Shown here: piece after piece, positions 48,705-61,914 of the stretch
Position numbering within the stretch: the stretch's first letter is position 1
Layout: each line of letters opens with the position of its first letter
Source of the DNA: Okamejei kenojei
Lineage: Eukaryota
Assembly: GCA_035221665.1 (NCBI GenBank)
Contig: CM069162.1
Span: 8,432,001-8,496,000 of the forward strand
Direction of reading: 5' to 3'
Length of the DNA: 64,000 nt
Notes under the pieces: model-generated
Database searches by the model: none
The model's input: only the letters and a program-made list of their open reading frames with translations
Told to the model about the DNA's origin: nothing
Made by a program: the position numbers and the translations under genes

Positions 48705-49390
48705 TATCTCCATGTTCAGCGACCGTTTCATCAAACATTTGCTCTCAGTCCGCCAAGGCCGGCTGGATCACCCGGTTACCAACCATTTTAACTTCTCTTC
48801 CCATTCCCACACCGACCTCTCTGTCCTGGGCCTCCTCCATTGCCAGAGTGAGGCCACACACAAACTGGAGGAACAGCACCTCGTATTCCACTTGGGTAGC
48901 TCACAACCTAACGGTATGAATATTGAATTCTAAATTTTAGCTAACCTCTAACAATCCCCCACCCCCTCCCCTTTCCCCCGCCATTTCCCTTTCTCCCCCC
49001 ACCTCATTCCCCTGTGCCGTTCCTGGATTTACACCTATTTCTCCCCTCCCCCCACCTACATTCCTTCACAATTTCCAGCTTTCCATCTTTTGTCTCACAC
49101 CTTGTGCTTTTTTTCATCTCCAGTATCTGTCCAACCATCTATCTATTTAAAGAAAACATTGCCTGCGTTCACCTACTACCTGCCAGGCTTCATCCTGCAT
49201 CTCCCCTTCTACTTTTGTTTCTCCCCCCCCCCCCCCCCCCTCCAAAAATCAGTCTGAGGAAGGGTCCCAACCCAAAATGTCACCTCTCCGTTCTCCAGAG
49301 ATGCTGCCTGAGCCGTTGAGTTACTCCAGCACTTTGTGTCTTTTTTTTTGTGCAAACCTGCATCTGCAGTTCAGTTCCTTGTTTCTAACA
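48705..49390 (+). mobile_element. Penelope-like element 3' fragment with terminal repeat
   Basis: DRFIKHLLSVR...PVTNHFN..SHSHTDLSVLGLLHCQSEATHKLEEQHLVFHLGS.QPNGMNIEF, then degenerate CTGAGGAAGGGTCCCAACCCAAAATGTC and arm. Confidence 0.85.
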
Positions 49391-49589
49391 TATCTCCAGT
49401 CTCTGGACTTCCCTGCGATTTATTTTTTTTACAGATATAATTGTTTCCAAACTTGACGCCCGTCCACCAACACCTGGGATTGTTAGTTTCGAATGCGTTT
49501 CCTTTGTACTTTTGTATTCCCTCATCGAGCAGTAGAACACAAAGTGCTGGAGTATCCCAGCATGTCAGGCAGCATATCTGGAGGACCCA

Positions 49590-49990
49590 GGAATGAGTGG
49601 GTGAACATATGATGCGTGTCCGACGACACTGTGCCTGTACTCACTGGAGTTTAGAAGAGTTAGGGGGACGTCGTAGAAATTTACCGAATAGCGAAAGGCC
49701 TTGATAGAGTGGATGTGGAGAGGATGTTTCCACTAGTCTAGGGCCAGAGGCCATAGCCTCAGAATAAAAGGACATACTTTTAGAAACGAGATGAGGAGGA
49801 ATATCTTTAGTCAGAGGGTGGTCAATCTGTGGTGAATTTTTAAGGCAGATTCTTGATTAGTACGGGAGTCAGGGGTTATGGGGAGAAGGCAGGGGAGAGA
49901 GAATGGGGCAGAGAGAGGAAAATAGATCAGCCATGACTGAATGGCATAGACTAGATGGCTGAATGGCCTAATTCTGCTCCTATGGACATG
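49590..49990 (+). mobile_element. CR1 3' fragment
   Basis: LYSLEFRR coding and CR1 3' UTR. Confidence 0.8.
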
Positions 49991-50102
49991 ATACGGACAG
50001 GCATCGTTTCGGGTCCTTCTATCCATGACTTCCACAGATACTGCCTGACTCGCAGAGTTATTCCAGTACTCTTTGTGTTTCGTACGTGATTCTTCCAACG
50101 AG

Positions 50103-50312
50103 GTGTGTGGGAAGGAACTGCAGATGCCGGTTTAAACCGAAGATAGACACAAAATGCTGGAGTAACTCAGCGGGACAGGCAGCATCTCTGGAGAGAAGGA
50201 ATGGGTGACGTTTCGGGTCTGAGGAAGGGTCTCGACCCAAAACATCGCCCTTTCCTTCTCTCCAGAGATGCTGCCTGTCCCGCTGAGTTACTCCAGCATT
50301 TTGGGTCTATCT
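50103..50312. mobile_element. Penelope-derived hairpin element
   Basis: Inverted arms; degenerate duplication TCTTCCAACGAGGTGT / TCTCCCATCAAGGTGT. Confidence 0.75.
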
Positions 50313-50469
50313 CCCATCAAGGTGTCAGTCTGATCATGAGTCGCTTAACAGACTCCTCCAAGTAACTCGATGGTTAATTGACTGCGTGAGGAATCACAGG
50401 TTCTTTGTCCTCCCAAAACTGTCTGATTCCAAATGCACTCAAAGACAACTGGCCTTGTCCTCGCCAATT

Positions 50470-50670
50470 GGTGGGTATATGGAACGAGCTGCCAGAGGAG
50501 CTTGTTGAGGCAGGTACTATCATAACATTTAAAAGACATTCGAACAGATAGGATAGTTTTAGAAGGATATGGGCCAAAGCTGAAAGATGGGATTAGTGTC
50601 GATGGGGCATCTTGGTCAGTGTGGCCAAGTTGGGCTGAAGGGCTTATTTCCACGCTGTGTGACTCTATGA
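50470..50670 (+). mobile_element. CR1 3' fragment
   Basis: WNELPEE coding and CR1 tail. Confidence 0.8.
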
Positions 50671-51574
50671 CCCAGAACGTTACCTTCATTACTCTCCCCA
50701 CAGATGCCGCCTGACCTGCGGAATTTTTGGAGTGTTGCTTGCTTTTATTTCAGCATTTTATGGATCTGCGGTATTTTATCCTTGGGGATCACCAATGTTG
50801 TAAAATCTGAGGCAACAATTGCATTCTGTCTATCTTTGACACTTGGGGAGGGGGGGGGAGCCAACCGCAGCCTGCAAATGTTAGAGTGCCCATTAACAAT
50901 TTCATTATACATACATCAAAAGCGTATTTAATTTTAAAATAGCAAACTGAATAAACAGAAAACAAATCTTTTGTGCAAACGTGCTGTCTGGGTCTTTGAT
51001 ATTATCCTTTGCATTACAGACCCCCAGGGTGTATAACAATTGTACTGTTAAAAATATTTCAGCTTCTGTTAGTGTTATGTCTGTGTTCAGCTTAGCCCCG
51101 CACTTTCCATTGTAAATGTGTTTCCCCCACTGAATATGTTACTGTGTAAACCACGAGCATAAATGAATGACCAATTTTAAAGATTCACCCGCTCATAAAA
51201 TTCAGGAATAACATAGCTGGATTTGATTCGTACTTCGTAAGTTGGCACTTACTGTTGGCGCCCGACAGTTTAACAAACTGCGTGGCTCCAAACGTGCCGC
51301 ATTATAAGCATGTGGATAATTCATGCAAGATTTCCGAGCTCCCTCGCAACCATATCGTGGTCTGTAGAGCAGTCTACTCTTAAGTCGGACACAAAATGCT
51401 GGAGTAACTCAGCGGGACGAGCGGCATCTGCCCCAGTCACTTTGGTTTAGTTTACTTTAGAGACACAGCACGGAAACAGACCATTCGGCCCACCAAGTCC
51501 GCACTGACCATCGATCTCTGCACATTAACACTACCCTACACACATACACTACATCACATTTCAGTTTATTAGGC

Positions 51575-52448
51575 TGCGTATGTGCGGAGGGGAGGGTGGG
51601 AGAATCAAGGTTTTAGTCTCTCCCTTCGGGGGGGATGCGACTTTTCTTGTCGTGTCCCCCGTCTCCGTCTGTGCTGAGGCCTAATGGCGGAGCTGGCGGA
51701 CTCGGAGCTGTGGCGGCGTTCCAGTGGCGACCCGACTTCAAAGCTGTGGTGTTCCAGCGTTCCAGTGGCGACCCGGCTTCAGAGCTGTGGTGTTCCAGCG
51801 TTCCAGCGGCGACCCGGCTTCAGAGCTGTGGTGTTCCAGCGTTCCAGCGGCGGACCCGGCTTCAGAGCTGTGGTGTTCCAGCGTTCCAGTGGCGACCCGG
51901 CTTCAGAGCTGTGGTGTTCCAGCGTTCCAGTGGCGACCCGACTTCAGAGCTGTGGTGTTCCAGCGTTCCAGTGGCGTTCCAGCGGCGAGCCCGGTTTCAG
52001 AGCTGTGGCGTTCCAGTGTTCCAGCAGCGACTCGGCTTCAGAGCTGTGGGTGTGGCGTTCCGGCAGCGGGCCCGGTTTCAGAGCTGTGGCGTTCCAGCGT
52101 TCCAGCAGAGACCCGGCTTCAGAGCTGTGGGAGTGGCGGGGTTCCAGTGTTCCGGCGACGGCGGTGGCGGCAGCCCGGCATCGGAGGCTCGGCCGCAGGC
52201 CTAGTGGACGACAACATCGGAGGTCTGGATCACCTCAGCGCAGAGGGAGATCAAGGAGGGAAGAAGACAAAGACTTTAAGACTTTTGCCTTCCATCACAG
52301 TGAGGAGGTGCCTGGTGAACTCACTGTGGTGGATGTTAATATGTCTTTATTGTGTGTTTTGTTTTTTATTGTATGTATGACTGCAAGGCAACGAAATTTT
52401 GTTCCATCCGAAAGGTCTGAATGACAATAAAGGAGACTTTACTTTGAC
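51575..52448 (+). mobile_element. GC-rich non-autonomous retroelement inserted inside a minus-strand V-SINE (51445-51545 and 52450-52650)
   Basis: SINE halves on both sides; element ends GACAATAAAGGA(GACTTT)n. Confidence 0.6.
51700..52150. repeat. GC-rich minisatellite, 41-bp unit TTCAGAGCTGTGGTGTTCCAGCGTTCCAGTGGCGACCCGGC, ~10 copies
   Basis: Units start near 51737, 51778, 51819, 51861, 51902 and 51943. Confidence 0.93.
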
Positions 52449-52999
52449 AGGGACCATTCACATGTACACCGAGCCAATTAACCTACAAAACTGTACGTCT
52501 TTGGAGTGTGGGAGGAAACCGAAGATCCTGGAGAAAACCCACTCGGTCAGTGAGAACATATAAACTCCGTACAGACAGCACCCGTAGTCGGGATCGAACC
52601 CGGGTCTCTGGCGCTGTAAGACAGCCACTCAACTGCTGCCCCACCTTGCCGCAATTCCCCAAACCTGCCAACTATTGCATACAGACTCAGTGGGCGGTCG
52701 CTATGCATTATGTACTTAACTGGGGATTGTACATATGTATGGTACTAATAATCTTCCTGTTCTGTATGCAAATAAATATCGCTGTACCTTGGTACACATG
52801 ACAATAAAGGAACCATTGAACCATTCCCGAGCCTCAGATGAATATTGGGGATTATTTTGCTTGACTTTGAAGAGCAAAGGGTGTTCTCACCAGTTTGATG
52901 ATCGATTATATAACTTGATTACTATCACTTAAGACTAACTACCTGGTCATTGTCACATTGCTGTTACTGTGGCATTTTACTGCACCCAATCTGGCCAGC

Positions 53000-53300
53000 A
53001 GGGTGGCGCAGTGGCAGAGTTGCTGCCTTACAGCACCAAAGCCCCGGGTCCTGGGTTCGATCCTGACTAAGGGCGCTTGTCCGTACTGAGTTTCTACGTT
53101 GTCCACGTGGGCTTTCTCCGAGATCGTTGGTTACCTCCCACACTCTGAACAATGCACTTACAGGTTTGTAGGTGCATTCACTTGGTATAAATGTAAATTG
53201 TCCTTAGTGTGTGTAGATAGTGTTAGTGTGCGGGGATCGCTGGTCGCTGCGGACTCGGTGGGCCAAAGGGCTGTATCACCATGCTGTATCTCTAAACTAA
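53000..53300 (+). mobile_element. V-SINE/HE1-like SINE
   Basis: Family similarity. Confidence 0.8.
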
Positions 53301-53679
53301 ATTTGACTGATAGATTCCTGTGTTTAACTTTGCTAAAGTGCTTCAACTTGCTCAGGGCTATCCTTTACCATGCAGTTTGTTGAAAGCTATTTTGGATAAC
53401 CAGAGGAGTTAAATACTCAGTTTACTAAGACGTTACAACTTCTCTACATCAACACCTTTCATGATGTATTTATCTTGCCAGTTCCCTGTTACAATATTTT
53501 GCATTTGTTTGCCTGACTTTGCATTCCATCTGCTATTCTGCCTCATATACTGCATTTTGAAACATGAACATATTCTCTGTAAACGCAGGTGTTCCTGTTC
53601 AGCTCCAAACTGGACAGGAGAATCAATGCTGTGCCTATCTCAACCATGTAACATTGTTACAAAGTCTGAAGGAGGAGAG

Positions 53680-54450
53680 GATATCCTATATAGAAACATA
53701 TACAATTCTTAAGGGATTGGACAAGCTAGATGTAGGAAAACTGTTTCCGATGTTGGCGGAGTCACAGTTTAAGAATAACGGGCAGGCCATTTAGGACTGA
53801 GATGAGGAAAAACGTTTTCACCCAGGAAGTTGTGAATCTGTGAAATTCTCTGGCACAGAAGGCAATGGAGGCCAATTCGCGGGATGTTATCAAGAGCGAG
53901 TTAGATTTAGCTCTTTGGGCTGAAGGAATCAAGGGATATGGGGGAAAAAGTAGGAACGGGGTACTGATTCTGGAGATCAGCCATGATCATATTGATTGGC
54001 AGTGCTGGCTCGAAGGGCCGAATGGCTTACTCCTGCACATATTTTCTATTTCTTAACCATGTAACAATGTCATAAAGTCTGTCACCTTAAAGTCTCAACG
54101 TAAATAGTTGACAAATAATCGCTCCTTGTTTGCTTGCACCTCTTCCAACATCACATTGCATTTGGTGTTCGTGATGTTCCACCTTTACATTGGGCAGATC
54201 AAGTGCATCCTTCCAAACCTGTCCAAATACCTTTTAAAGGTTGTCACTGCACCTGCCTCAGCTAACTCCATGTACCAGATACCCACCGTTATATGTGCAA
54301 AAAAGTTGCCCCTCAGGTTTCTATTAAATCTTCCCCCACTCACTATACATCTATAACCTAAAGATCTTGAAACCCCTCGCATGGCAAAAAAGATGCAATC
54401 TATTCCTCTCATGGTTTTATACACCTCTATAAGATCAACGCGCTCCAAGA
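53680..54450. mobile_element. CR1 3' fragments (+ 53680-54050, - 54200-54450)
   Basis: IETYTILKGLDKLD; DLIEVYKTMRGID. Confidence 0.8.
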
Positions 54451-54842
54451 AATAACAACCTAGCCTTTTAATGTCGCCTGCCTATTCCCTCCGCAGATAT
54501 TGCCTGGCCTGCTGAGTTACTCCAGTATTTGGTGTTTTGCTGCAGATTCCAGCATCTCTTGTGTTTCCATGTGGATCACGTCTACAGCCCCGGCTTCATC
54601 AATCTTCTTGGTTACTTCTTTAATCAAGTTTGTGAGGCACTATCCATAATCAACTTGTCCCTTCAATTAAATGTATATCTTATTCCTCAGAGACCTTAGA
54701 GTATCTTTCCTACTGTAGATGTTAGGCTTCCTGGTCTATAGTTCCCAGGTTTGACCACAAGCGTACTCAGTAATCTAAACATGGCCTTACCAACATCTTA
54801 CAAAGCTGTAACTTGACATCCCAACAACTGTACTCAATGGAA

Positions 54843-55015
54843 AATAGACACAAAATGCTGGAGTAACTCAGCGGGACAGGCAGTCTCTGGATAGAAGGAA
54901 TGGATGTCGTTTCGGGTCGAAACCCTTCTTCAGACAGGTGCTGCCTGTCCTACTGAGTTACTCCTGCATTTTGTGTCTATCTTCGGTGTAAACCAGCATC
55001 TGCAGTTCCTTCCTG
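54843..55015. mobile_element. Penelope-derived hairpin element
   Basis: Inverted arms. Confidence 0.7.
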
Positions 55016-55637
55016 TACCCTGAATCTGTGGAATTCATTGCCGCAGAAGGCTGAAGAGGCCAAGTTGTGGATATTTTTTAAGGCAGAGATAGATAGATTC
55101 TCCATTAGTACAGGTGTCCAAGGTTATGGGGAGAAGGCAGGAGAATGGGGCTAGGAGGGAGAGATAGATCAACCATGATTGAATGGCGGAGTAGGCTTGA
55201 TGGGCCCAATGGCCTAATTCCACTCCTATCACTTACAAACTGATGAAACTGGGTGAAGACTGTAAGGAAGTTGAAAACACTGGAGTCGGTCCAGGCATCA
55301 ACATAGCAGCGATAGTAGGAGGGAGCAACCAGACATAAGGTTGAAACAAAGAACATTTTACATATCACACAAAGAGACATGCATGGATTGGATTTAAAGC
55401 AGATTCCCATTGCAACATCTTTTATTTGCATCTCAGTTCACCCAAAGTTCAAGCAACATGGATATTTAAAAAGCAAATTTTTATTTTATTCACAAACTTC
55501 TTCCAGACAGAGGAATGTAGCACCTTCACATCATATTCAGATAGGCCGGGAAAAGACAAGAGTGGCGATGTTCGCTGCCCACGATTGCAAAACCCCAAGG
55601 CGATTTCAAGAGATTGTTTTATTTTCACTTGACAGAA

Positions 55638-56175
55638 GGGCCCACGGTGGCGCATCGGTAGAGTTGCTGCCTTACAGCGCCAGTGGCTGGGTTCGATCCC
55701 GACTGCGGGTGCTGTCTGTACGGAGTTTGTACATTCTCCCTGGGTTTTCTCCAGGTATTCTGGTTTCCTCCCACACTCCAAAGACGTACAGGGTTGCAGG
55801 TTAATTGGCTTTGGTAAAGATTGTAAATTGTCCCTAGTGTGTAGGTACCTCTAGCGTGCAGAGATCGCTGGTCAGTGTGGACTCGCTGGACCCGTTTCTG
55901 CACTGAATCTCTAAACTAAACTGGACCTGGGTTCAATCCTGACCACAGATGCTGTCTGTACATTTGTACATTTTCCAGGTGACTGCGTGGGTTTTCTCCG
56001 GATGCTCTGGTCCTCCCACATTCCAAAGACATGCAGGTTTGTAGGTTAAATAGCTTCTGTTAATTCCCTATCCTACCCTAGTGTGTAGGATAGGGAATGG
56101 GTGATCGTTGGTCAGCACAGACTTGGTGGGCCAAATGGCCTGCTTCCATGCTGTTTCGCTAAACTAAACTCTAAA
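55638..56175 (+). mobile_element. Two tandem V-SINE/HE1-like SINEs
   Basis: Family similarity. Confidence 0.8.
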
Positions 56176-56407
56176 CTGAGAAACAAATACATGCAACATC
56201 ATTAGGCTTGCTTCTCTTTTAGCGATGAATGTAGAAGGCCTCACAGCATTACTTCTCAGAAGTCCACCACCGTTCTCTCCAGCATCCTGGCAAATACTTT
56301 TTTCATAATTGGCATCACTATCTGGTCAATGGCACAATGCTGTTCGGGGAGGATGGCTGAGTGTAAATAGTATACGATTAATACAGCGACTATACCTCTT
56401 TAGTTAA

Positions 56408-56478
56408 CCTGTTCACTGCCAAGTTTATTTCCACTATTGGCCATGACCCGCGCATACTCGGGTGTGGCACTGAACAGG
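56408..56478. mobile_element. 71-bp piggyBac-like MITE
   Basis: TTAA|CCTGTTCACTGCCA...TGGCACTGAACAGG|TTAA. Confidence 0.75.
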
Positions 56479-56794
56479 TTAAATGGTTCGGGACATTCTG
56501 AAGCAGCCGGTCATTCTCACCACAGTCTCCTTGCACAGCCTAATCCAAATAGCACGCCTGTGACATGCCTTGCCACGTACAACCAACCCCACAACCCGAC
56601 ATTCCTTCCTCTGGCTTCACAATTCACAACTCTTCACACCGTCTGTCTCACACCTTCTGCTTCTATCTCTAGCCTTTGTTCCATCCATCTGCCTATCAAA
56701 ACCCCGCCTCGCACGTGTCGATCTATAACCTGCACACTTTGCCCTGCCTCTGGTCACGTTTTTTCCAGCTTTCTTCCCGCCCCTTACAATCAAT

Positions 56795-56822
56795 CTGAAG
56801 AAGGGTCCCGACCCGAAACGTC
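56795..56822 (+). ncRNA. Hammerhead-like motif
   Basis: CTGAAGA A GGGT-CCCG-ACCC GAAAC GTC at the end of a Penelope-type 3' region. Confidence 0.55.
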
Positions 56823-59119
56823 ACCTACCCATGTTCTCAGTGATGCTGCACGACCTGCTGAGTTACTCCATCACTTTGTGACTTTGTGATACGGTTTTGC
56901 TATGTTAAACGTGTTGCATGAGCAGAAGCTGTGGTCAAGAAAGGTTTTTGGGCCTGAAACGTCGCCTATCTCCTTCGTTCCATAGATGCTGCTGCACCCG
57001 CTGAGTTTTTCCAGCATTTTGGTGTATCGTCACCTTACATATTGGTCAGCCTAGGTATCAGCTTTCAAAAGGGGACTTCTTGCAGTTTTCAGGAACTAGA
57101 CGATACAACTAAAGGTGGCTCAGGAACAATGACGTGAATGGCCACTATTAGTGCTCTATGGCTCTGCAGTGTTACCTGCATGCAGATGCATTTGGCAGCC
57201 TTGTACTGACGATGACCTGTTATCAACCTGGCAAGGCTGTTTCTTGTCCTGATATTACCCCCCCAACTACACGCATGCTTTCTGTGGCTGAGACACAGAT
57301 AAGACGAAAATGCAAGGCAAGCACGGGCAGGACTCTGATTAAGGATTCAGGCGAACCGCACCTTATTGAGTAAAATAATGACATATGTTAAGCCAAACAG
57401 GAAATTATATGGTTACAGTGATAATTGGACCACCGAGACATTATGGGAAAACCTTTTGTGCTTCAGAATCATATCCATGTTAAACGTCTTAATTTTTTTT
57501 TAAAGTGTCTTTTCACTCTTGTGACTCACTCAGGTAAGGTGCCATGTTCCTGTGCTAGGGCAATGCTGTAATTAGTCCAACTGCAGCTGCACGTCATCAC
57601 AAACTCCAAAGTCACGTTAAACTGTTGACCTGGAATATTCAAAGTAGCTTGGAAATCCTTGCAGCTTTTCTTGCCCCTTCACCTTTTCCCGCCTCTACGA
57701 CTTAACATGTAGGAAGGAACGGTAGATGCTGGTTTAAACCAAAGATAGACACAAAAAAGCTGCAGTAACTCAGCAGGTCAGACAGCATCTCTGGAGAATA
57801 GGAATAGGTGACATCTCGGGTCGAGACCCTACTTCAGACTCCACGATTTAAATCTACGATTCAATATGTGGGTTTCTATCCTTTGATCGGTTTCTCACTT
57901 CTCTCTGCATCAGCCGGGAATGAAAGCGATGGACAGAGTGTAAGAGCAAATTAGTGTCTGATAAGCTCCAGGCTCCAGCGAGATTCTGTCAGTCATCCGA
58001 GAGGAAGAAATCCTCGCCCAAGGGGGAAAGCGATTTAAAGGCTTCCCGTCGAGTTCCCACATCCTGACTGACTGTCAGTAAGTTGTCAAAGGAGATCAGA
58101 CAAATGAGATGTTACCAGTACAGGACACCAGTTGCCTGAACAACAAAGCCCATCTCTTTCCCAGTTCTTTTAAATCCGAAGATTCCATGCCGATCTTCAC
58201 AAAAATTATACAACCACCTACTGAATATGGATAACCACTCCTTGAAATCCAACTCCAAGGGTGGAATGTTTGCCGAACATCTCACTGGTTGCGTTCCTCA
58301 GCCAGGGCATTGAGTATAAGAATCAAAAAGTAATGTTTCAGCTTTATTGACATTTGGTCAAGCCGCGTTGAGTATTGTATTAGGGGGTGGAAAGGAGCAG
58401 CAGATGCTAGTTTATACCAAAGATAGGCACAAAGTGCTGGTCAGGCAGCGGGGTCCTGAGAAAAAGGATGGGCGAAGTTTTGGGTCGGGACCTTGCTTCA
58501 GTCTGGAAGTAGAGGGTGCAGGGAATTGGAGGTAAGAAAAGAACAGAACAAAGCCGGACCAGCAACAGATGACCAAGGAAGGGTGGAGCCCATAACAAAG
58601 GGATGACAAACTGTTCGCATCCTCGTATTGCTTTAGTATCACCTCTTCCCCCAGCCAACAATGGGCCACAGATGCCAATGGGAGCTTGCTGGGCAAAAAT
58701 TGCTTGTCGAGTTTCCTACATTATAACAATCACTACATGAATACAGCTTGATGATCCAATAGCTTATAATCTGGAGACACGAGGGACTGCAGATACTGTA
58801 AATAGACAATAAATACAAAGTGCTGGAAGACCTCAATCGGTCAGAAGGCATCTGTGGAGGGAACGGACAAGCGACATTTCAGGTTGGGACCCTTTTCCAA
58901 TCTCCTAATCAGAAACCTTCCAACAGTGTGCCATCCTTCAGTGACTGGCTCTTCATCAGGGCTCGCTGGCAAGCAACTTTTCTATCCTGTTGTGAGTATA
59001 ACACTGTAGGCACCTTGTTCCCAGTAGCACAACTGGTGGTCCCGAGTTTCCACAAGGCTAGACGTCCTACTGTTCCTGCTATATAATCTGTTTTTAATCA
59101 CTCACTACAAGAGTGAGGA

Positions 59120-59925
59120 GCGTTTCTGAGTGGTGGCGCCATCGAGTGTGGCAGTCTCGCCAGCAGCTGCCTGTCCTTTCATCCTATTTTGTTATTTTTA
59201 GTCTGTCTAAAAGTTTGTTTTTGGAGGTCTTTTTTATGTGGGGGGTGAGGGAGTAGAAGGAAACTGTTTTACTCAGTCACTACCTGGTCGAGGATGCGTC
59301 CTTCCCCCTAGCTCCCTCCTTGCGGCCTACCATCTGGATCAGCGCGGCCTTTCCTGCCGGAGACCGGCCAGAGCTTCAGCCTCAGCAGCGGCTCAGCGGG
59401 GCGATGCCTTACCGGGATCGTTGCGTTGGAGCTCCGGAGTGCTGGGCCTGCCGACCTGAGCACTGTGGAGCTGTGGTCCGCGGGCGGCGCTGACTTTAAA
59501 CATCGCGGAGGCCTGGGGTCTTTTGCCGAGGATCGCCAGTGTTGGAGCTCCGCCCAGCTCGGCCTGTGGACTTCGGGAGCCGCCGTCTCCGGTAGGAAGC
59601 AGCCGATTTGGAACTCCAGGCCGCTGAGAGTGTTCTTCCGCGCCGGGGCACCGATCATCACGGCGAGAGGGCCTGAAACGTTGGGCAGCCTTTGCGGCGA
59701 CAGCGGAGGCCTCAATAGACCCCGACCACGGGTGAACAATGAGGAAGTGGACTGAACTTTGTTGCCTTCCCTCTCAGTGGGAAACGTTGGTTCCACGGTG
59801 GGGGATGTTTTATGTTTTATGTTAAATTCTATAGTGTTGTGTTTATGTTATTTGTGTGCTGCATGGTAACTCAAATTTCACTGCACCAATTGGTGTATGT
59901 GACAATAAATGTCCTTTGTCCTTTT
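59120..59925 (+). mobile_element. GC-rich non-autonomous retroelement with LINE-like 3' tail
   Basis: CpG-rich body; shares TTGCCTTCC..CAGTG and AAATTTCACTG..GTGACAATAAA plus a tandem tail with 51575-52448. Confidence 0.55.
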
Positions 59926-60848
59926 GGCTATGTTATATATCATTGGATAACATGACCCTTGATTAACTGGCATAGGCTGAATAACAGAACTTCTACCGTA
60001 ACTTGGCTGTGTGCTGCATCATGTGGTGAAAGGTGCTACACTAATGCAAACCTCCCACGTTTTGAAGGCAAGATGTTTCTGTCAGCGCACACGCACACCT
60101 ATTGGTTTAGTTCTCTGCAGCTTGGCTGAGGTATTTACAGTAGATATTTGTAACACCCATAGTTACACCAGAGACCTGATTAGCACCAAATCTGGATTTG
60201 GAACCCTTACCCACTCAAAGCAGTAAAACTGTATGTGTCAAAACCATTCACTTGGAACTTATTGGAAGTTTGGCGCCTGCAGTTCAAAGGAAGGCACTCA
60301 GGGGGCAGGTAAAGAGGGGAGGGGGAGACGCACGCAAACATTAGACCAAGCTTTTCACCAATTTGAAAATTGCTCAGCATCTTGCAATAGTTTATTACAG
60401 GTTATTGTAATTACAGAGCAATTTTCATTGGACGAACATTTATGATATAGAAGGCCATTTTGCCCATGGCATCTAAACTGGTTGAAAAGGAACGAATCCC
60501 TCCTTGCAGTGCCCGCTCCCAGGCTTACTGGCACAGCTCATCGAGTACATATCCTCGTACTTTATTAAATACGTGGAGAGTTTGTCACTCTACCTCCCAT
60601 CCAAACATTATACCAAAATTCATGTAAATATTTCAAGAATAGTTTGAGGGCAGCACTGTGGTAGTGTTGGTGCCTTACAGCACCAGAGATCTGGGTTCGA
60701 TCCTGGCCAAGGGTGTTGTCTGTACAGAGTTCGTACGTTCTCCCTGTGACCGTGTGGGTTTTTCTCCGGGTGCTCCGGTTTCCTCAAGGACAATTTTCAG
60801 GGAGAATTTCTTCCCAGCTGTTATCAGACAACTGAACAGTCTTCTCAT

Positions 60849-61830
60849 CAGCCGGCCTTAAGCCGATTGGACCGATTGCTCCCAATTGGGCCCCATGAGT
60901 AAGGGGGCCCCGCGCCAGAGTTATCTACTCTCGGCTTGGGTAGATCTCCCCTGGGTGGAGGGGGAGAGAGAGTAGAGGGGTGGAGGGGGAAGAAAGGGGT
61001 AGACGGGGAAGGGGGTGTGAGGGGGCATGGGAAAAGGGGAGAGGGGGAGGTGGGTCGTTCGCTCACGGCAGCGCTCCCGCCCCTCCAGTCGCCACGCTTC
61101 ACGCACACAGCCCCGGCTCCACCCCTCTCTCCCTGGGGAGACGCGGTGAACAATACAGGGAGGGCCGGGCCGTGGGTTGGGGCAACGTTTACAAACATCG
61201 GCCTCAGTTCACACCCGCCCTCCCGGACCCCGGCATCCGCTCCTGCCGCTGGCCCTCTCCCTCCCTTCTCTCCTTCCCTCCTCCCTCCCTTCCCTTCCTC
61301 CATCCTCTCTCTTGTCTCTTCTCTCATTCGTTCCATCCCTCTCTTCTCCACCTCCCTACCTCATCTCTCTCCCTCCCTACCTCATCTCTCTCCCTCCCAC
61401 ACACACATCATGCACAGACAACTAACACACACAACTAAGTAAGGATGGGGCTGAAGCCCAAAATGTAATGACTGGACTGGTTTCTCACCAATGGTTAATG
61501 GTTTTCCAGGATCCATTTAATTAAATTACTTTTTTTTTTCATTTCACAGTCACTAAAACAAGTGATATTGTAACTACGTACTTTTCAGAGGTGATCTACA
61601 CATTTTGTTTGTTACTTGTAGGCATACATGTATGCAATGTTATATTAAAATGTAGCTCAGATCTGTTTGGTCCATTAAGTCGCAAGCACTTTTTACTTTC
61701 CATTCTACCATAGAGATATAAAGTCTATAATAGACTTTAATTATATTTCTATGAATCTACAGACCTTGGCTGGGAACCTGGGGCTCACCAAAATTGTTCC
61801 CAATTGAGCCTCGCACCTCCTAAGGCCCTG
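60849..61830. mobile_element. Possible degenerate hAT-like non-autonomous element
   Basis: CAGCCGGCCTTA left, TAAGGCCCTG right, subterminal CCCAATTG(G/A)GCC at both ends. Confidence 0.35.
61709..61753. mobile_element. 45-bp palindromic micro-MITE (CA...TG, P-element-like)
   Basis: CATAGAGATATAAAGTCTAT-A-ATAGACTTTAATTATATTTCTATG flanked by ATTCTAC / AATCTAC. Confidence 0.5.
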
Positions 61831-61914
61831 AGCTAGAGTGTGGTCCTGACCTCCCATCTACCTCATTGGAGACCTCTGCACTATCTTTAATTGGACTTTA
61901 CCATTCTTCTTTGT

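Noticed and set aside
51635-52424. Three overlapping long ORFs and a CRISPR-like periodicity
   Set aside because: A stop-free 41-bp tandem repeat with no unique spacers and no cas genes, in a vertebrate context.
57912-58082. Possible plus-strand exon ending in GTAAGT (GSSEILSVIREEEILAQGGKRF...)
   Set aside because: In-frame stops follow the best acceptor, with no recognisable homology and no partner exons.
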